From: an uncultured Acidimicrobiales bacterium
GTDB taxonomy: Bacteria > Actinomycetota > Acidimicrobiia > Acidimicrobiales > UBA10347
Length of the DNA stretch: 64,000 nt
Reading direction: 5' to 3'
Assembly: GCA_938015575.1 (NCBI GenBank)
Contig: CALLPT010000177.1
Span: forward strand, 8,182-72,181
In this document: piece after piece, positions 17,934 to 26,907 of the stretch
Position numbering within the stretch: the stretch's first letter is position 1
Layout of the letters: each line of letters opens with the position of its first letter
The notes under the pieces: generated by a model
What the model saw: only the letters and a program-made list of their open reading frames with translations
Database searches by the model: none
Told to the model about the DNA's origin: nothing
Position numbers and translations under genes: made by a program

Positions 17934-18152
17934 GGAGCACCTCCCTCTGGACCTGCGGAGCAGGGCTGTGGACTTCACAGCAGGGTGTTTGCAACTGTTC
18001 AATTGCAACGCAGCACGATAGCGGCGCCCAATGGCTGAACCTCATGAGACCAGTCCTCATGAGACGAGTATCCCATGGGCCTATGACAGGCGCTCGCGTA
18101 CACGCTGAGCAGGTCAACGTGAATACAGAGTCGGGCCGTCGTGACAGACGGC

Positions 18153-19016
18153 TCAATCGGCCGTGGGGCCGGAACCGTAGAGGCCGAGGGCTTCGGCTTC
18201 TTCGTCTTTCATGTGGTAGCTCTCGTCGTCGTTCGGGAACGCCTTGGTCCGCACGTCGTCGACATAGGCATTGAGCGCAGCGATGCCGTCATCTTTGAGC
18301 GATGCGTAGACCCGCACGAACTTTGGCACGAAGTCGTCTTGCAAGCCGAGCATGTCGTGGAAGACCAGCACTTGGCCATCACAGCCCGGCCCAGCGCCGA
18401 TACCGACCGTGGGGATGTCGATCGATTCGGTGACGAGATCGGCGACGCGGCGAGGCACCCCTTCGAGCACGATCGAGAAGCACCCGGCGGCCTGGAGGGC
18501 CTTGGCTTCGTCGACGAGCGCCAGCGCGGCCTCGGTGCTCTTTCCCTGCACCTTGAAGCCACCCATCGCATGCACCGACTGCGGGGTCAGACCGATGTGG
18601 CCCATCACCGGCATTTCGGCCGCGATCAGGGCCTCGATCATGGGAAGCCGCTGGATGCCGCCCTCGAGCTTGATGGCACCCGCGCCGGCACGGATCAGGC
18701 GGGCGGCGTTACGTACGGTCTCTTCGACCGACACGTGGTAGCTCATCCACGGCAAGTCACCGACGATGAGCTGCTTGGGCTTGGCGCGTGCAACCGCTGC
18801 CGTGTGGTGCACCATGTCGTCCATGGTCACCGAGAGCGTGTCCTCGTAACCGAGCACGACCATGGCGAGCGAGTCGCCGACCAGGATCATGTCCGCGTCG
18901 GTCGCGTCGACCATGCGGGCCGAGGGATAGTCATACGCGGTGACCATCACGAGTGGATCGGCTCCGGTCGCGACCTTTCGGGACGCGAGCGCGGGCGCAG
19001 TGCGACGCTTGGCCAT
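18153..19016 (-). CDS. panB: 3-methyl-2-oxobutanoate hydroxymethyltransferase
   Basis: LVMVTAYDYPSARM, ILVGDSLAMVVLGY, GAIKLEGG, PVMGHIGLTPQS. SD AAGGAG. Confidence 0.95.
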   Translation of the reverse strand: MAKRRTAPALASRKVATGADPLVMVTAYDYPSARMVDATDADMILVGDSLAMVVLGYEDTLSVTMDDMVHHTAAVARAKPKQLIVGDLPWMSYHVSVEETVRNAARLIRAGAGAIKLEGGIQRLPMIEALIAAEMPVMGHIGLTPQSVHAMGGFKVQGKSTEAALALVDEAKALQAAGCFSIVLEGVPRRVADLVTESIDIPTVGIGAGPGCDGQVLVFHDMLGLQDDFVPKFVRVYASLKDDGIAALNAYVDDVRTKAFPNDDESYHMKDEEAEALGLYGSGPTAD

Positions 19017-19155
19017 AGTGGCTCCTTACAACTGAGAACATACCGTCCGGCGCCTGGGGCTGCCGGCAGCGACTCCATCAAAGCACGTTCTTCCAACCGC
19101 CACAAGGGTCGCTCCATTCCCGCGGAGCGCAGCGTCTCGTGCGATCCGGCGCCAC

Positions 19156-21588
19156 CTAGATGAAGCTGATGCGCACCTCGTGCGGGATCAGGATTCCCGT
19201 GCCGGGCAACTGTGCCTGCCAAACGGCATCGAGATCGACGCCGGCCATGTCCTGCGTGTCGACGACGATCGAATGCGCCAGGCCTGGACCGATCGCCACG
19301 CTCGGACCGCTCGTCTGGGTTATCGACGTACCGACCACCTGAATCTGTACCGAACCATCGAGATCGAACTGGGCCTGCGAGGCGCCGGTCAAACCGGTCG
19401 AGCTCAGATGCGCCAACGTCGCGCCAGCACCGGTCAGGTTCGGGTCCTCGGTCCAGATCCGCAGCAGCCAGTCGCGGTCCGCATCGACACCGCCGGTTTC
19501 GACGACGTGCAGGCTCGACATGGACACCTGCGGCAGGTCATAGCCGAGGCGCACCGCGTCGACGGTCGGTGAAACGCCGGCGGTCGCCGTGGTCAGCTCG
19601 AGCCGCACGACGTAGTACGCATCTCCGAAGTCCCACACGTAGGGAATCGGATTCTCGCCCGCACCGAAGCTGGTGCCCGTGGTGCCGTCAGGGCCCACGA
19701 ACGGAGCGGCCAGCGCAAGTGCCGGTGTCGCGCCTCGAGCAACCTGCATCGTCACGTTGGTGCCAACCGGAAGATCGACGAGATCGGCGCTCAACAGGCC
19801 GAACACGTTGCTACCCGAAATCAGTGTGTCGATCACCGGGCTCGTCCACGTACCGACCAACACGCCTGCGGGCAACGCTTCGATCGGCAGCGCCGACACG
19901 ATCGGATCGCTGTTGCTGAACGCCCAGGCGGACTTCATACCCAACAGGTTGGTCTCGTCCTGGTTGCGGCTGTCTTCGTAATAGGCGAAGAACGCTTCGC
20001 CCCCGGTGCTGCGGATCTCCGTGCCTTGGGCGGCGGCGCCCCAGATGGCATGGCCGGGGAAGCCGGGGCTGATCGGCGTGCAGGAGAGCGGTGCGCCGCC
20101 GACCTCGATCGTGATGGCGACCGGGCACGAAAAGGCGACGTAGTCCGCGTCGGACGGCAGGAAGTACACGCTGTCGAGCAAGGTCTCGGGAAGGAACGCG
20201 GTCGACTCCCAACCGTCGCGGTCGGCTTGCTGGATCCCGCCCGTCGCGGTCACGACATTGGTGACTCGCATGGCCGTCCCGTCGCCGTCGGTATCGCTGC
20301 CCTGGTTGAGCGAGTCGAGGCCACCGGCGCCAGCCGACACCGTGGTGATGGATCCATCGTCCATCCAGACATCGGCACTGCCACCGCCGTCAAAGGCGAA
20401 CAGCGCATTGCGGCTTCGCACGCCATACAGGTCGTCGCCGGGGAAGTACGGGGGCACAACCTGCGAGTCCGAGAACGAGTTTCGATTTGCGGTGTGGGTC
20501 ACGATGACGGGAACACCGTTGGTGGAGCGGATCACGCCGGAGCGGTTGTTGCTGATGTCCACGGTGGGCGTCGCGGCGACGGCTCCGACCGTGCCGGTCC
20601 ATGCCAGCGTGGTGCCGTCATAGATGTCGACGATCGCGTTGGCGTCGGTGGGCGAGACGAGCGTCCACTGGTTGACCGAACGGTTGGTCGGGAACACCAT
20701 GTCGGTCCCGGCAAAGCTGATCGGCACGATCGAGTCCATGCCTTCGCCGCGTCCGCGTCCGCCGAGCGGGCCGGTGGAGAGAATTTGGGTGTCTTCGGTG
20801 ATGCCGAAGAACGGCTGGACGTCGCCGGCGTTGAGCGTGGCCGTCACGGCGCCGACGGTCACCGTGTTGTTGTCGACATAGCTGACGATGTCGACGGTGC
20901 CGTCGTTGCCGCCGCTTCCGTCCAGGCGCCACCATGCGGGAAAGTACAGCTCGCGTTGCGAGGAGTACGAGAAGACGTCGGCCTCTGACGAAACCGATGC
21001 CGCGGTGGCGTTGTCAAAGTAGAGGCAGAACTGGGTCGTGGCGAAGGCCGCAAGATCGAGCTGGACCCACACGGTCGTCTCGGTCGTACCGACGCCGGAC
21101 TCGACGAAGAGCGCGAGCTCGGTGACGTCGTCGTCGGCGATGGCCCGATAGTCAGCACCATCGGGTTGGACCAGGCCTGCGGCCAGATCGGCGGTCGAGT
21201 CGAACACGATCCGGACCTGATGCTCAACGAGCAGTGCGTCGCCGTTGATGATGTCGAAGCAGCGCCGATGACCCCAGTCGGTGTCCCACCAATCGATCGG
21301 GGCGCCCGAGGCGAGCTGGAGGAGCGTGCCGCTCCCATCGATCTCGGTGTCGTCGTAGGTGCCGAGATCGAACTCGGCTTGGAGGTCGAAGTTTGCTTCG
21401 TCGCCTTGGTGATAGGCGTAGAACTCAGGACCCGCAGACGCAGCGGCAACGCTGCCCTCCATGTGATTCTGGATGAAGATGCGGGCGAACGCGACCTGGG
21501 GAATCAGCAGGACGGTGAGAAAAAGGGCGAAGCCCACCACCGGCAGGTGCCGGTGGTGAGCTTCCTTGCGACGCATGAGCGTGCCCAT
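19156..21588 (-). CDS. large secreted protein: signal peptide, conserved N-terminal strand motif, DUF2341/LamG-like domain, long beta-rich region
   Basis: Start moved to ATG 21588 (SD AGGGGA 8 nt upstream), 31 nt after the upstream stop. Signal peptide is MGTLMRRKEAHHRHLPVVGFALFLTVLLIPQVAFA. DWWDTDWGHRRCFDIING...DGADYRAI...TVWVQLD...FCLYFDN resembles the DUF2341 signature (W..W.yRr.i.i...dG.DiRF...vWVk...iy.YYgN). Confidence 0.7.
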   Translation of the reverse strand: MGTLMRRKEAHHRHLPVVGFALFLTVLLIPQVAFARIFIQNHMEGSVAAASAGPEFYAYHQGDEANFDLQAEFDLGTYDDTEIDGSGTLLQLASGAPIDWWDTDWGHRRCFDIINGDALLVEHQVRIVFDSTADLAAGLVQPDGADYRAIADDDVTELALFVESGVGTTETTVWVQLDLAAFATTQFCLYFDNATAASVSSEADVFSYSSQRELYFPAWWRLDGSGGNDGTVDIVSYVDNNTVTVGAVTATLNAGDVQPFFGITEDTQILSTGPLGGRGRGEGMDSIVPISFAGTDMVFPTNRSVNQWTLVSPTDANAIVDIYDGTTLAWTGTVGAVAATPTVDISNNRSGVIRSTNGVPVIVTHTANRNSFSDSQVVPPYFPGDDLYGVRSRNALFAFDGGGSADVWMDDGSITTVSAGAGGLDSLNQGSDTDGDGTAMRVTNVVTATGGIQQADRDGWESTAFLPETLLDSVYFLPSDADYVAFSCPVAITIEVGGAPLSCTPISPGFPGHAIWGAAAQGTEIRSTGGEAFFAYYEDSRNQDETNLLGMKSAWAFSNSDPIVSALPIEALPAGVLVGTWTSPVIDTLISGSNVFGLLSADLVDLPVGTNVTMQVARGATPALALAAPFVGPDGTTGTSFGAGENPIPYVWDFGDAYYVVRLELTTATAGVSPTVDAVRLGYDLPQVSMSSLHVVETGGVDADRDWLLRIWTEDPNLTGAGATLAHLSSTGLTGASQAQFDLDGSVQIQVVGTSITQTSGPSVAIGPGLAHSIVVDTQDMAGVDLDAVWQAQLPGTGILIPHEVRISFI

Positions 21589-21619
21589 TATCTGTCCCCT
21601 GCGAATCCAGGTCAGTCGG

Positions 21620-22273
21620 TTAGTTGATGGTCGCCTGTGCGACCCAGTTGACGGTTGCGGTGCCTGCGGTAAAGGCAACGTCGGAGCTCACGACGAACGC
21701 GCCCTGAACTTCAGCGCCCGGAGCGACGGTGATCACACCGGTCGAGTCGACGAAGGCACCAGCGGTGGTACCGGCCGGAACGATGATGTAGTCGTCGTTC
21801 CAGTCGCCACCGACACCGTCGAGGTTCGGGTCGACGGCAGCAGGTGCGGCAATGTTCGAGATCCAGATCTCGGCGGCGAGGTTGGTCCAGTCGCCGGCAA
21901 CCGCGTTGGTGGTCAGGACAACGTCGATTGGCTCGAGGCAGTTGTTCTCGTAGCGGACCACGTCGGTGTAGATGACACGGTCACCGGTCATGCCGTTGAC
22001 GGTGATCTTCTCTTCGAGCAGGTCGACGCCATCGACAGCGATGGTGTTGGCGCCCGAGGCATCGAAGCTTGCTTGTGAGCTGTTCAGCGGGTCAGAGCCG
22101 GTGGTCTTGACGAAGCAGGGCGGGGCAGCCGTGATGTCGGCTTCCATGAAGTTCTGCACGATGATCGACGCGCCGGCAGGTGCGGCGACCATGAGCAGGG
22201 CAACGATGATCGCTGCACTTCGACGGGTGAACTTGAGAGCGGCGAGTCGGCTCTTCTTCTGGGGGGTCTCCAT
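21620..22273 (-). CDS. small secreted beta-rich protein (217-aa precursor), possible TasA/camelysin-like fibre subunit
   Basis: Start moved to ATG 22273 (SD AAGGAG 8 nt upstream). Signal peptide is METPQKKSRLAALKFTRRSAAIIVALLMVAAPAGA. The mature part starts SIIVQNFMEADITAAPPCF and ends TATVNWVAQATIN. Confidence 0.65.
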   Translation of the reverse strand: METPQKKSRLAALKFTRRSAAIIVALLMVAAPAGASIIVQNFMEADITAAPPCFVKTTGSDPLNSSQASFDASGANTIAVDGVDLLEEKITVNGMTGDRVIYTDVVRYENNCLEPIDVVLTTNAVAGDWTNLAAEIWISNIAAPAAVDPNLDGVGGDWNDDYIIVPAGTTAGAFVDSTGVITVAPGAEVQGAFVVSSDVAFTAGTATVNWVAQATIN

Positions 22274-22305
22274 GCGAGTGTCTCCTTGGGGTAACGCAGG
22301 GGTGG

Positions 22306-22899
22306 TCACGGCTGGGCCGAGATCTTTGGGAACGAACGGCGAGCGTTCGCATTGGTGGGCTCCTCGTCTGCTCGCTCACCCGGGTACTCGATGAACCCGA
22401 GGAACAGCACGGCGGCGACGCCGAGGAAAAGCAGGATCCGGACCAGCCAGCTGGTCGGGATCAGGTGGTCGGCATCGAAGCGCCGGTACCACTCGAGGAA
22501 GGTGAGCAATGCCGACATCGGGATGGCGGCAGCCGCAGCCCAGACCCGCATCGGGTGGTGATGCTTGCGGCGAGCGAAGTGGGCTACGACCCAGGCAACG
22601 GCGATCAGGGCGACGATGGCCGTCGACCAAGCAGCGACGGTACGGAACTGGGCGGCCGAGGTCTGGAGTCCCGCGTAGGGAATGAAGCCGAAGATGAGGC
22701 GGCTGCGCATCTCGACGCCCCAGAGGGCAACGATGCCCCATGCGGCTACGAGCTTGGCGATGACGAGCAGCAGTGCCGTCTGACTGATCTTGTCGACGAG
22801 CTCGCCCCACGGGAACTCAGCCTCGTCGTCGTCAATGGCGCGGGAATCAACGGCCTCGAGGCCGTCACCGGCACCGTTGGTCGTCGCCCCAGCGTTCAC
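22306..22899 (-). CDS. polytopic membrane protein (about 5 TM) with acidic N-terminus, first gene of the envelope operon
   Basis: 197-aa ORF with a GTG start. TM helices include ALLLVIAKLVAAWGIVALW and WLVRILLFLGVAAVLFLGF, and there is a His-rich loop RRKHHHPMR. No family recognised. Confidence 0.6.
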   Translation of the reverse strand: MNAGATTNGAGDGLEAVDSRAIDDDEAEFPWGELVDKISQTALLLVIAKLVAAWGIVALWGVEMRSRLIFGFIPYAGLQTSAAQFRTVAAWSTAIVALIAVAWVVAHFARRKHHHPMRVWAAAAAIPMSALLTFLEWYRRFDADHLIPTSWLVRILLFLGVAAVLFLGFIEYPGERADEEPTNANARRSFPKISAQP

Positions 22900-22912
22900 A
22901 CGAATGCCATCG

Positions 22913-22926
22913 GAGACGATCGTCTC
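22913..22926. promoter_or_regulatory. perfect 14-bp palindrome GAGACGATCGTCTC just upstream of the operon start codon
   Basis: Read directly. It extends to GGAGACGATCGTCTCC and lies 14-27 nt upstream of the GTG at 22899. Confidence 0.35.
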
Positions 22927-23045
22927 GAACTGAGTGTTCCGGGTTACCCGGCCTACCCGAGTGATCCACGAGCCCTACCCCATGTAGGGCACCATTGCTC
23001 GCGTGGGTGACGTCGTGTTACCCAGGCGTCACAACGGGCGGACGC

Positions 23046-23474
23046 CTACCGCTCGAGGTCCTCGGTCTCTTGCACGTCGCCCGGTTCGGACTGCAGTGCC
23101 GATCGACGAACGAGGTGGTTCCATGAGCATTCCTGGCAGACCTCGACGACGTAGGCGACGTGGCGCCCCGGACGACGCGCCAGCCTGGCCAGTTCGCCCC
23201 GCAGCGTGATACATCGACCATGGCTCGGCAAGCGTGGCCCGAACACATAGGTCACATGCACCAAGGTGCCCTCGCGCTCACACACAGGACAGCTGCCCGG
23301 TGTGGGAGTCCCGACTTGGCCCGCAGCTCGCACCAGTTCGGGATGCGCGTCGGTTACCTCGCTGTAGCTGAGCTCGCCCGACCGATACGAGTTGATGGTC
23401 GACGCGCGGGACAACCGGTAGTCGACATGGCCCTGGTCGGACCCGCGATCACCCGTAGGCACCCGGAAGACCAT
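23046..23474 (-). CDS. DUF5318-like small Cys-rich protein (actinobacterial, Rv0049-type)
   Basis: SYSEVTDAHPELVRAAGQVG...CPVCEREGTLVHVTYVFG...VVEVCQECSWNHL. The family assignment is from memory. The start is uncertain (ATG 23474 gives 142 aa; the listed start is 23555). Confidence 0.6.
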   Translation of the reverse strand: MVFRVPTGDRGSDQGHVDYRLSRASTINSYRSGELSYSEVTDAHPELVRAAGQVGTPTPGSCPVCEREGTLVHVTYVFGPRLPSHGRCITLRGELARLARRPGRHVAYVVEVCQECSWNHLVRRSALQSEPGDVQETEDLER

Positions 23475-23778
23475 CAGGCCACTGTAGGTCCGCCCCTGCC
23501 GTCGTGGGGAAGCAGCCGAGCGGCGACCGCGCAGTCGGACGGTGACGCAGGTCACCTGACTTGTGCGAATTCACGCACAGACCATCGTCGCGCCTTGGGG
23601 CAGAGTGAACGTCAGATGGACGACGAACGACCTTCGACCAGGGGGACATGACGAACGAGATCTGAACCTATCTCGTGGCGGGAGCCGATCACGGTGGCGG
23701 GTTCAGTGGGGACCGACCGACGGCGGGGCAGACAATGTGGGCGGCTACTTCGGTGGCCAGACGATGCGGCGGGCATCG

Positions 23779-25062
23779 TCAAGTGTCTGTGCGTCGGTCG
23801 GACCACCACATCTCGAGGAGCGTGGCCTGTGTGGCAACCGGAAGCGGACCTTTGTCGAAAAAGGCCTGTTGCAACACGGCCACGGCCTCACCCACGATCG
23901 GGCCAGCGTCGACGCCGAGCAGGTCCATGACAGTCGCGCCGTCGAGCAAAACAGGAGCCGCAAGGTCCTCGATTTCGTTCAGTGCCGCAACCGCATCGCC
24001 GAAGGCTCGAACGCCGGGCGCATCGCTCGGGTCCGCGACCGCAATCGCGACCGTCACCGCATCGGCCGGACGTTTCGACCCAGCGAACCATCGACGCAGG
24101 CTCGGAGCCTGGACGTCGCTCACATCGATCTGACGGGCGCTGGTCGCCAGATCGATGATCATGCGGTGATCGTCGCGGCTGAGCCGAAGCGGCTCCAGGC
24201 GGTGCTCGAGGTCGGTATCGGTCTGGGTGGCCACGGTCAGAAAGGCGGCCAGACGGAGCTGCCAGACGTTCTCGGCGACTCGACTCGCTGCATGCGCCGC
24301 GGCGCGGAGACGGTCGACGCTCGGCGCGCCCGCGTCGGGTTCATTCCACGTCAACAACACGTGCGCGAGTCCGGTCTCGACAAGAAAGCGCAGGCCTCGT
24401 TCGGGCTCGGGAAGTCCGAAGAGCCGCTCCAGCTCATCACCGATGCGTTCGATCGCGACGATCCGAAGGCGTTCGCGTAGGTCGGTCGCCGCCTGGGCAA
24501 GTTCGGGAGACGGATGTAGGTCGAAACGCGAGGCGAATCGTGCCGCTCGGAGCATGCGCAATGGGTCATCACTGAACGAGATCTCGGGCGCGAGCGGCGT
24601 GCGCAGCAGCCCCGCCTGCAGATCGGCCGCGCCGGTCCATGGGTCGACGAGTTCGCCGCTGGGCACTTCGATCGCCATTGCGTTGACGGTGAAGTCGCGC
24701 CGAGACAAGTCGACGGCGATGTCGTTGCCAAAGGTCACCTGGGGTTTGCGTGAGTCCGAGGCGTAGCTCTCCGCTCGATGCGTGGTGATCTCAATAGCTC
24801 GACCCTGGAACCGAAGGCCGATCGTGCCAAAGCGTTCCCCTTGGGTCCAGAGTGCGTCGGCAAGATCGGCAACCAGCTCCTTGATGACGGACGGGTCCGC
24901 ATCGGTCGTGAGATCGACGTCGCTGCTGTCGCTCAACTCGTGATCGAGCCACTGATCGCGAACGATGCCGCCGACCAGGTAGAGCCGGTGGCCCGCCTGC
25001 ACAAACCGCTGCGCGAGCGGTTCGACGAGGGCAACAACGTCAGGAAGATGGGTGAAGGTCAC
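23779..25062 (-). CDS. cca: CCA tRNA nucleotidyltransferase (poly(A) polymerase/CCA-adding family)
   Basis: LYLVGGIVRDQWL, DVDLTT, GTIGL...EITTHRAE, RRDFTVNAMA, followed by a C-terminal helical region. Confidence 0.9.
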   Translation of the reverse strand: MTFTHLPDVVALVEPLAQRFVQAGHRLYLVGGIVRDQWLDHELSDSSDVDLTTDADPSVIKELVADLADALWTQGERFGTIGLRFQGRAIEITTHRAESYASDSRKPQVTFGNDIAVDLSRRDFTVNAMAIEVPSGELVDPWTGAADLQAGLLRTPLAPEISFSDDPLRMLRAARFASRFDLHPSPELAQAATDLRERLRIVAIERIGDELERLFGLPEPERGLRFLVETGLAHVLLTWNEPDAGAPSVDRLRAAAHAASRVAENVWQLRLAAFLTVATQTDTDLEHRLEPLRLSRDDHRMIIDLATSARQIDVSDVQAPSLRRWFAGSKRPADAVTVAIAVADPSDAPGVRAFGDAVAALNEIEDLAAPVLLDGATVMDLLGVDAGPIVGEAVAVLQQAFFDKGPLPVATQATLLEMWWSDRRTDT

Positions 25063-25067
25063 CTGGC

Positions 25068-26075
25068 TCAGCCGAACGACGCGTGGTGCGCGATGACGCG
25101 ATCGATGACCGCAGCGCCGGGACCACCGTTCGACGCGGCTTCGGTCGCGAACCGTTGCCCAACGAGTGCCGACATGACGGCTGCCGACGTTTCGGTGAGC
25201 GCGTCGAGGTCGTAGCCGCCTTCGAGGAACACGACACGTCGCCCCGGCGGCGCGACCTGGATGACACGCGACGTCAACGAGGCAAAGTCGCCGGCGGTCA
25301 ACCCCATGGCGGTGATCGGGTCGGCCCGATGCGCGTCGAAGCCGGCCGACACCAGCAGCCAGGTCGGTTTGAAGGCTTCGATGGTCGGGGCTACCGCTCG
25401 GTCCCAGGCTTGGAGATACACGTCACCCGTCGCGCCCGGCGGTAGCGGAATGTTGAGCGTCGTACCTGCACCTGCACCCGTGCCGCTCTCGGACACATCG
25501 CCGGTGCCGGGGTAGCAGGGCCACTGGTGGAAGGACACGAACAGGACGCTCGGATCGTCGTAGAAGATCTCTTGCGTACCGTTTCCGTGATGTGCGTCGT
25601 AGTCGACGATCACTACTCGCTCGCCTGCGTCGGTCAGCGCCCGTGCGGCGACGGCCACATTGTTGAAGAGGCAGAAGCCCATCGATTGCCGGGTCGTCGC
25701 ATGGTGCCCGGGAGGACGTACCGCGCAGAACGCCGTATCGACCTCGCCGCCGCGGAGCCGGGCAATGGCTTCGAGTCCTGCCCCGGCCGCCAGGCGGGCC
25801 GCGTCGAACGAGGCGGCCGACGCGACGGTGTCGCCGTCAATGTGGCCTCCGCCGGTGTCAGCGAGCTCTTCGACCAGCGCCACAACGTCGCCGTGGTGTA
25901 CCTGCGTAATGGTCTCGATCGGGGCGAGTGGAGCGTCGACGAGCGTGACGGCGTCGGATAGCTCAGCGCGCGCAAGTCCTTCGGCAATGGCGCCCAAACG
26001 GGCCGGACGCTCCGGATGTCCCGGGCCGGTCAGATGCTCGAGACAGTGCTGGTGGGACACGAACAACAGGCTCAC
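25068..26075 (-). CDS. histone deacetylase-family (class II / AcuC-like) deacetylase
   Basis: HPERPARL, FCAVRPPGHHA, VVIVDYDAHHGNGTQEIF, SAGFDAH, EGGYDL. Confidence 0.9.
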   Translation of the reverse strand: MSLLFVSHQHCLEHLTGPGHPERPARLGAIAEGLARAELSDAVTLVDAPLAPIETITQVHHGDVVALVEELADTGGGHIDGDTVASAASFDAARLAAGAGLEAIARLRGGEVDTAFCAVRPPGHHATTRQSMGFCLFNNVAVAARALTDAGERVVIVDYDAHHGNGTQEIFYDDPSVLFVSFHQWPCYPGTGDVSESGTGAGAGTTLNIPLPPGATGDVYLQAWDRAVAPTIEAFKPTWLLVSAGFDAHRADPITAMGLTAGDFASLTSRVIQVAPPGRRVVFLEGGYDLDALTETSAAVMSALVGQRFATEAASNGGPGAAVIDRVIAHHASFG

Positions 26076-26103
26076 AGCGAAATCCTAGGTTGACCGAACC
26101 ACG

Positions 26104-26862
26104 GTGCTCTCGGGGATTGAGGTAAAACACACCGTGGCCTTCACGCGACGGATGGTGCACCATGGCCGAGACCGGGTGCAGATCGGCTCTTGGAAATCTC
26201 GCGACGACACGGCCAACCTGGTCCCGTTTCCCGAGCGACATGCCTTGCCGATCGAAGCCATCGACTACGCCTTGACGACGATTGCGGAACAGGGCTTCAC
26301 GGCGACCTACACCGCGGCGATGACGCCGACCCAGGCCGAACCGTTCTTCCAGGCCGGCTTCGAACTTGTCGAAGAACTCCACTTGCTGCGATGCGCCCTC
26401 AGCGAGACGGTGGCGAGGCCAGAACGCGGCGAGAAGTCGCGGCTACGCCGCGGCCGCCGGCTCGACTACCCCGAGGTGCTCACCCTCGATGCGCTGGCCT
26501 TCGACGACTTCTGGCAGTTCGACCGTGCCAGCTTGGCGGACTCGATGCGGGCGACACCGCGGCATCGGTTCCAGGTCACGCGCACCGAACCCGTTACGGG
26601 CTATCACGTGACCGGGCTCGCCGGTTCAAACGCGTACGTGCAACGTGTCGCAGTGCATCCCGAGGCCCAAGGGCAAGGGTGGGGACGAGCCCTGGTCGAG
26701 GACTCATTGCGATGGGCATGGAAGAACGGTGCTCGCACCGCCCATGTGAACACGCAGTTGACCAATGAGCGAGCGGTCGCCCTGTATGAGCGCACCGGGT
26801 TTGTGCTCGCCGACGAACGGTTGCAGGTCCTCTACCGAACGGTTGACGCCGACCCGGCCTAG
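26104..26862 (+). CDS. GNAT-family N-acetyltransferase
   Basis: YVQRVAVHPEAQGQGWGRALVEDSLRWAWKNGARTAHVNTQLTNERAVALYERTGF is the acetyl-CoA-binding motif A/B region. The start is uncertain (GTG 26104, GTG 26134 or ATG 26152). Confidence 0.8.
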   Translation: MLSGIEVKHTVAFTRRMVHHGRDRVQIGSWKSRDDTANLVPFPERHALPIEAIDYALTTIAEQGFTATYTAAMTPTQAEPFFQAGFELVEELHLLRCALSETVARPERGEKSRLRRGRRLDYPEVLTLDALAFDDFWQFDRASLADSMRATPRHRFQVTRTEPVTGYHVTGLAGSNAYVQRVAVHPEAQGQGWGRALVEDSLRWAWKNGARTAHVNTQLTNERAVALYERTGFVLADERLQVLYRTVDADPA

Positions 26863-26907
26863 CGGCGAGTCGCCCGGCGCCAATCGTGCGGCGCTAATCG
26901 TGTCGGG

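Noticed and set aside
18135-18152. Hairpin GCCGTC-gtgaca-GACGGC directly after the panB stop
   Set aside because: The stem is short and no U-run follows on the minus strand, so support is insufficient to call an intrinsic terminator.
19195-19209. LPGTG pentapeptide 12 residues from the C-terminus of the 810-aa secreted protein
   Set aside because: It looks like an LPXTG sortase motif. However, it is followed by only ILIPHEVRISFI, with no about-20-residue hydrophobic segment and no basic tail, so it is most likely coincidental.
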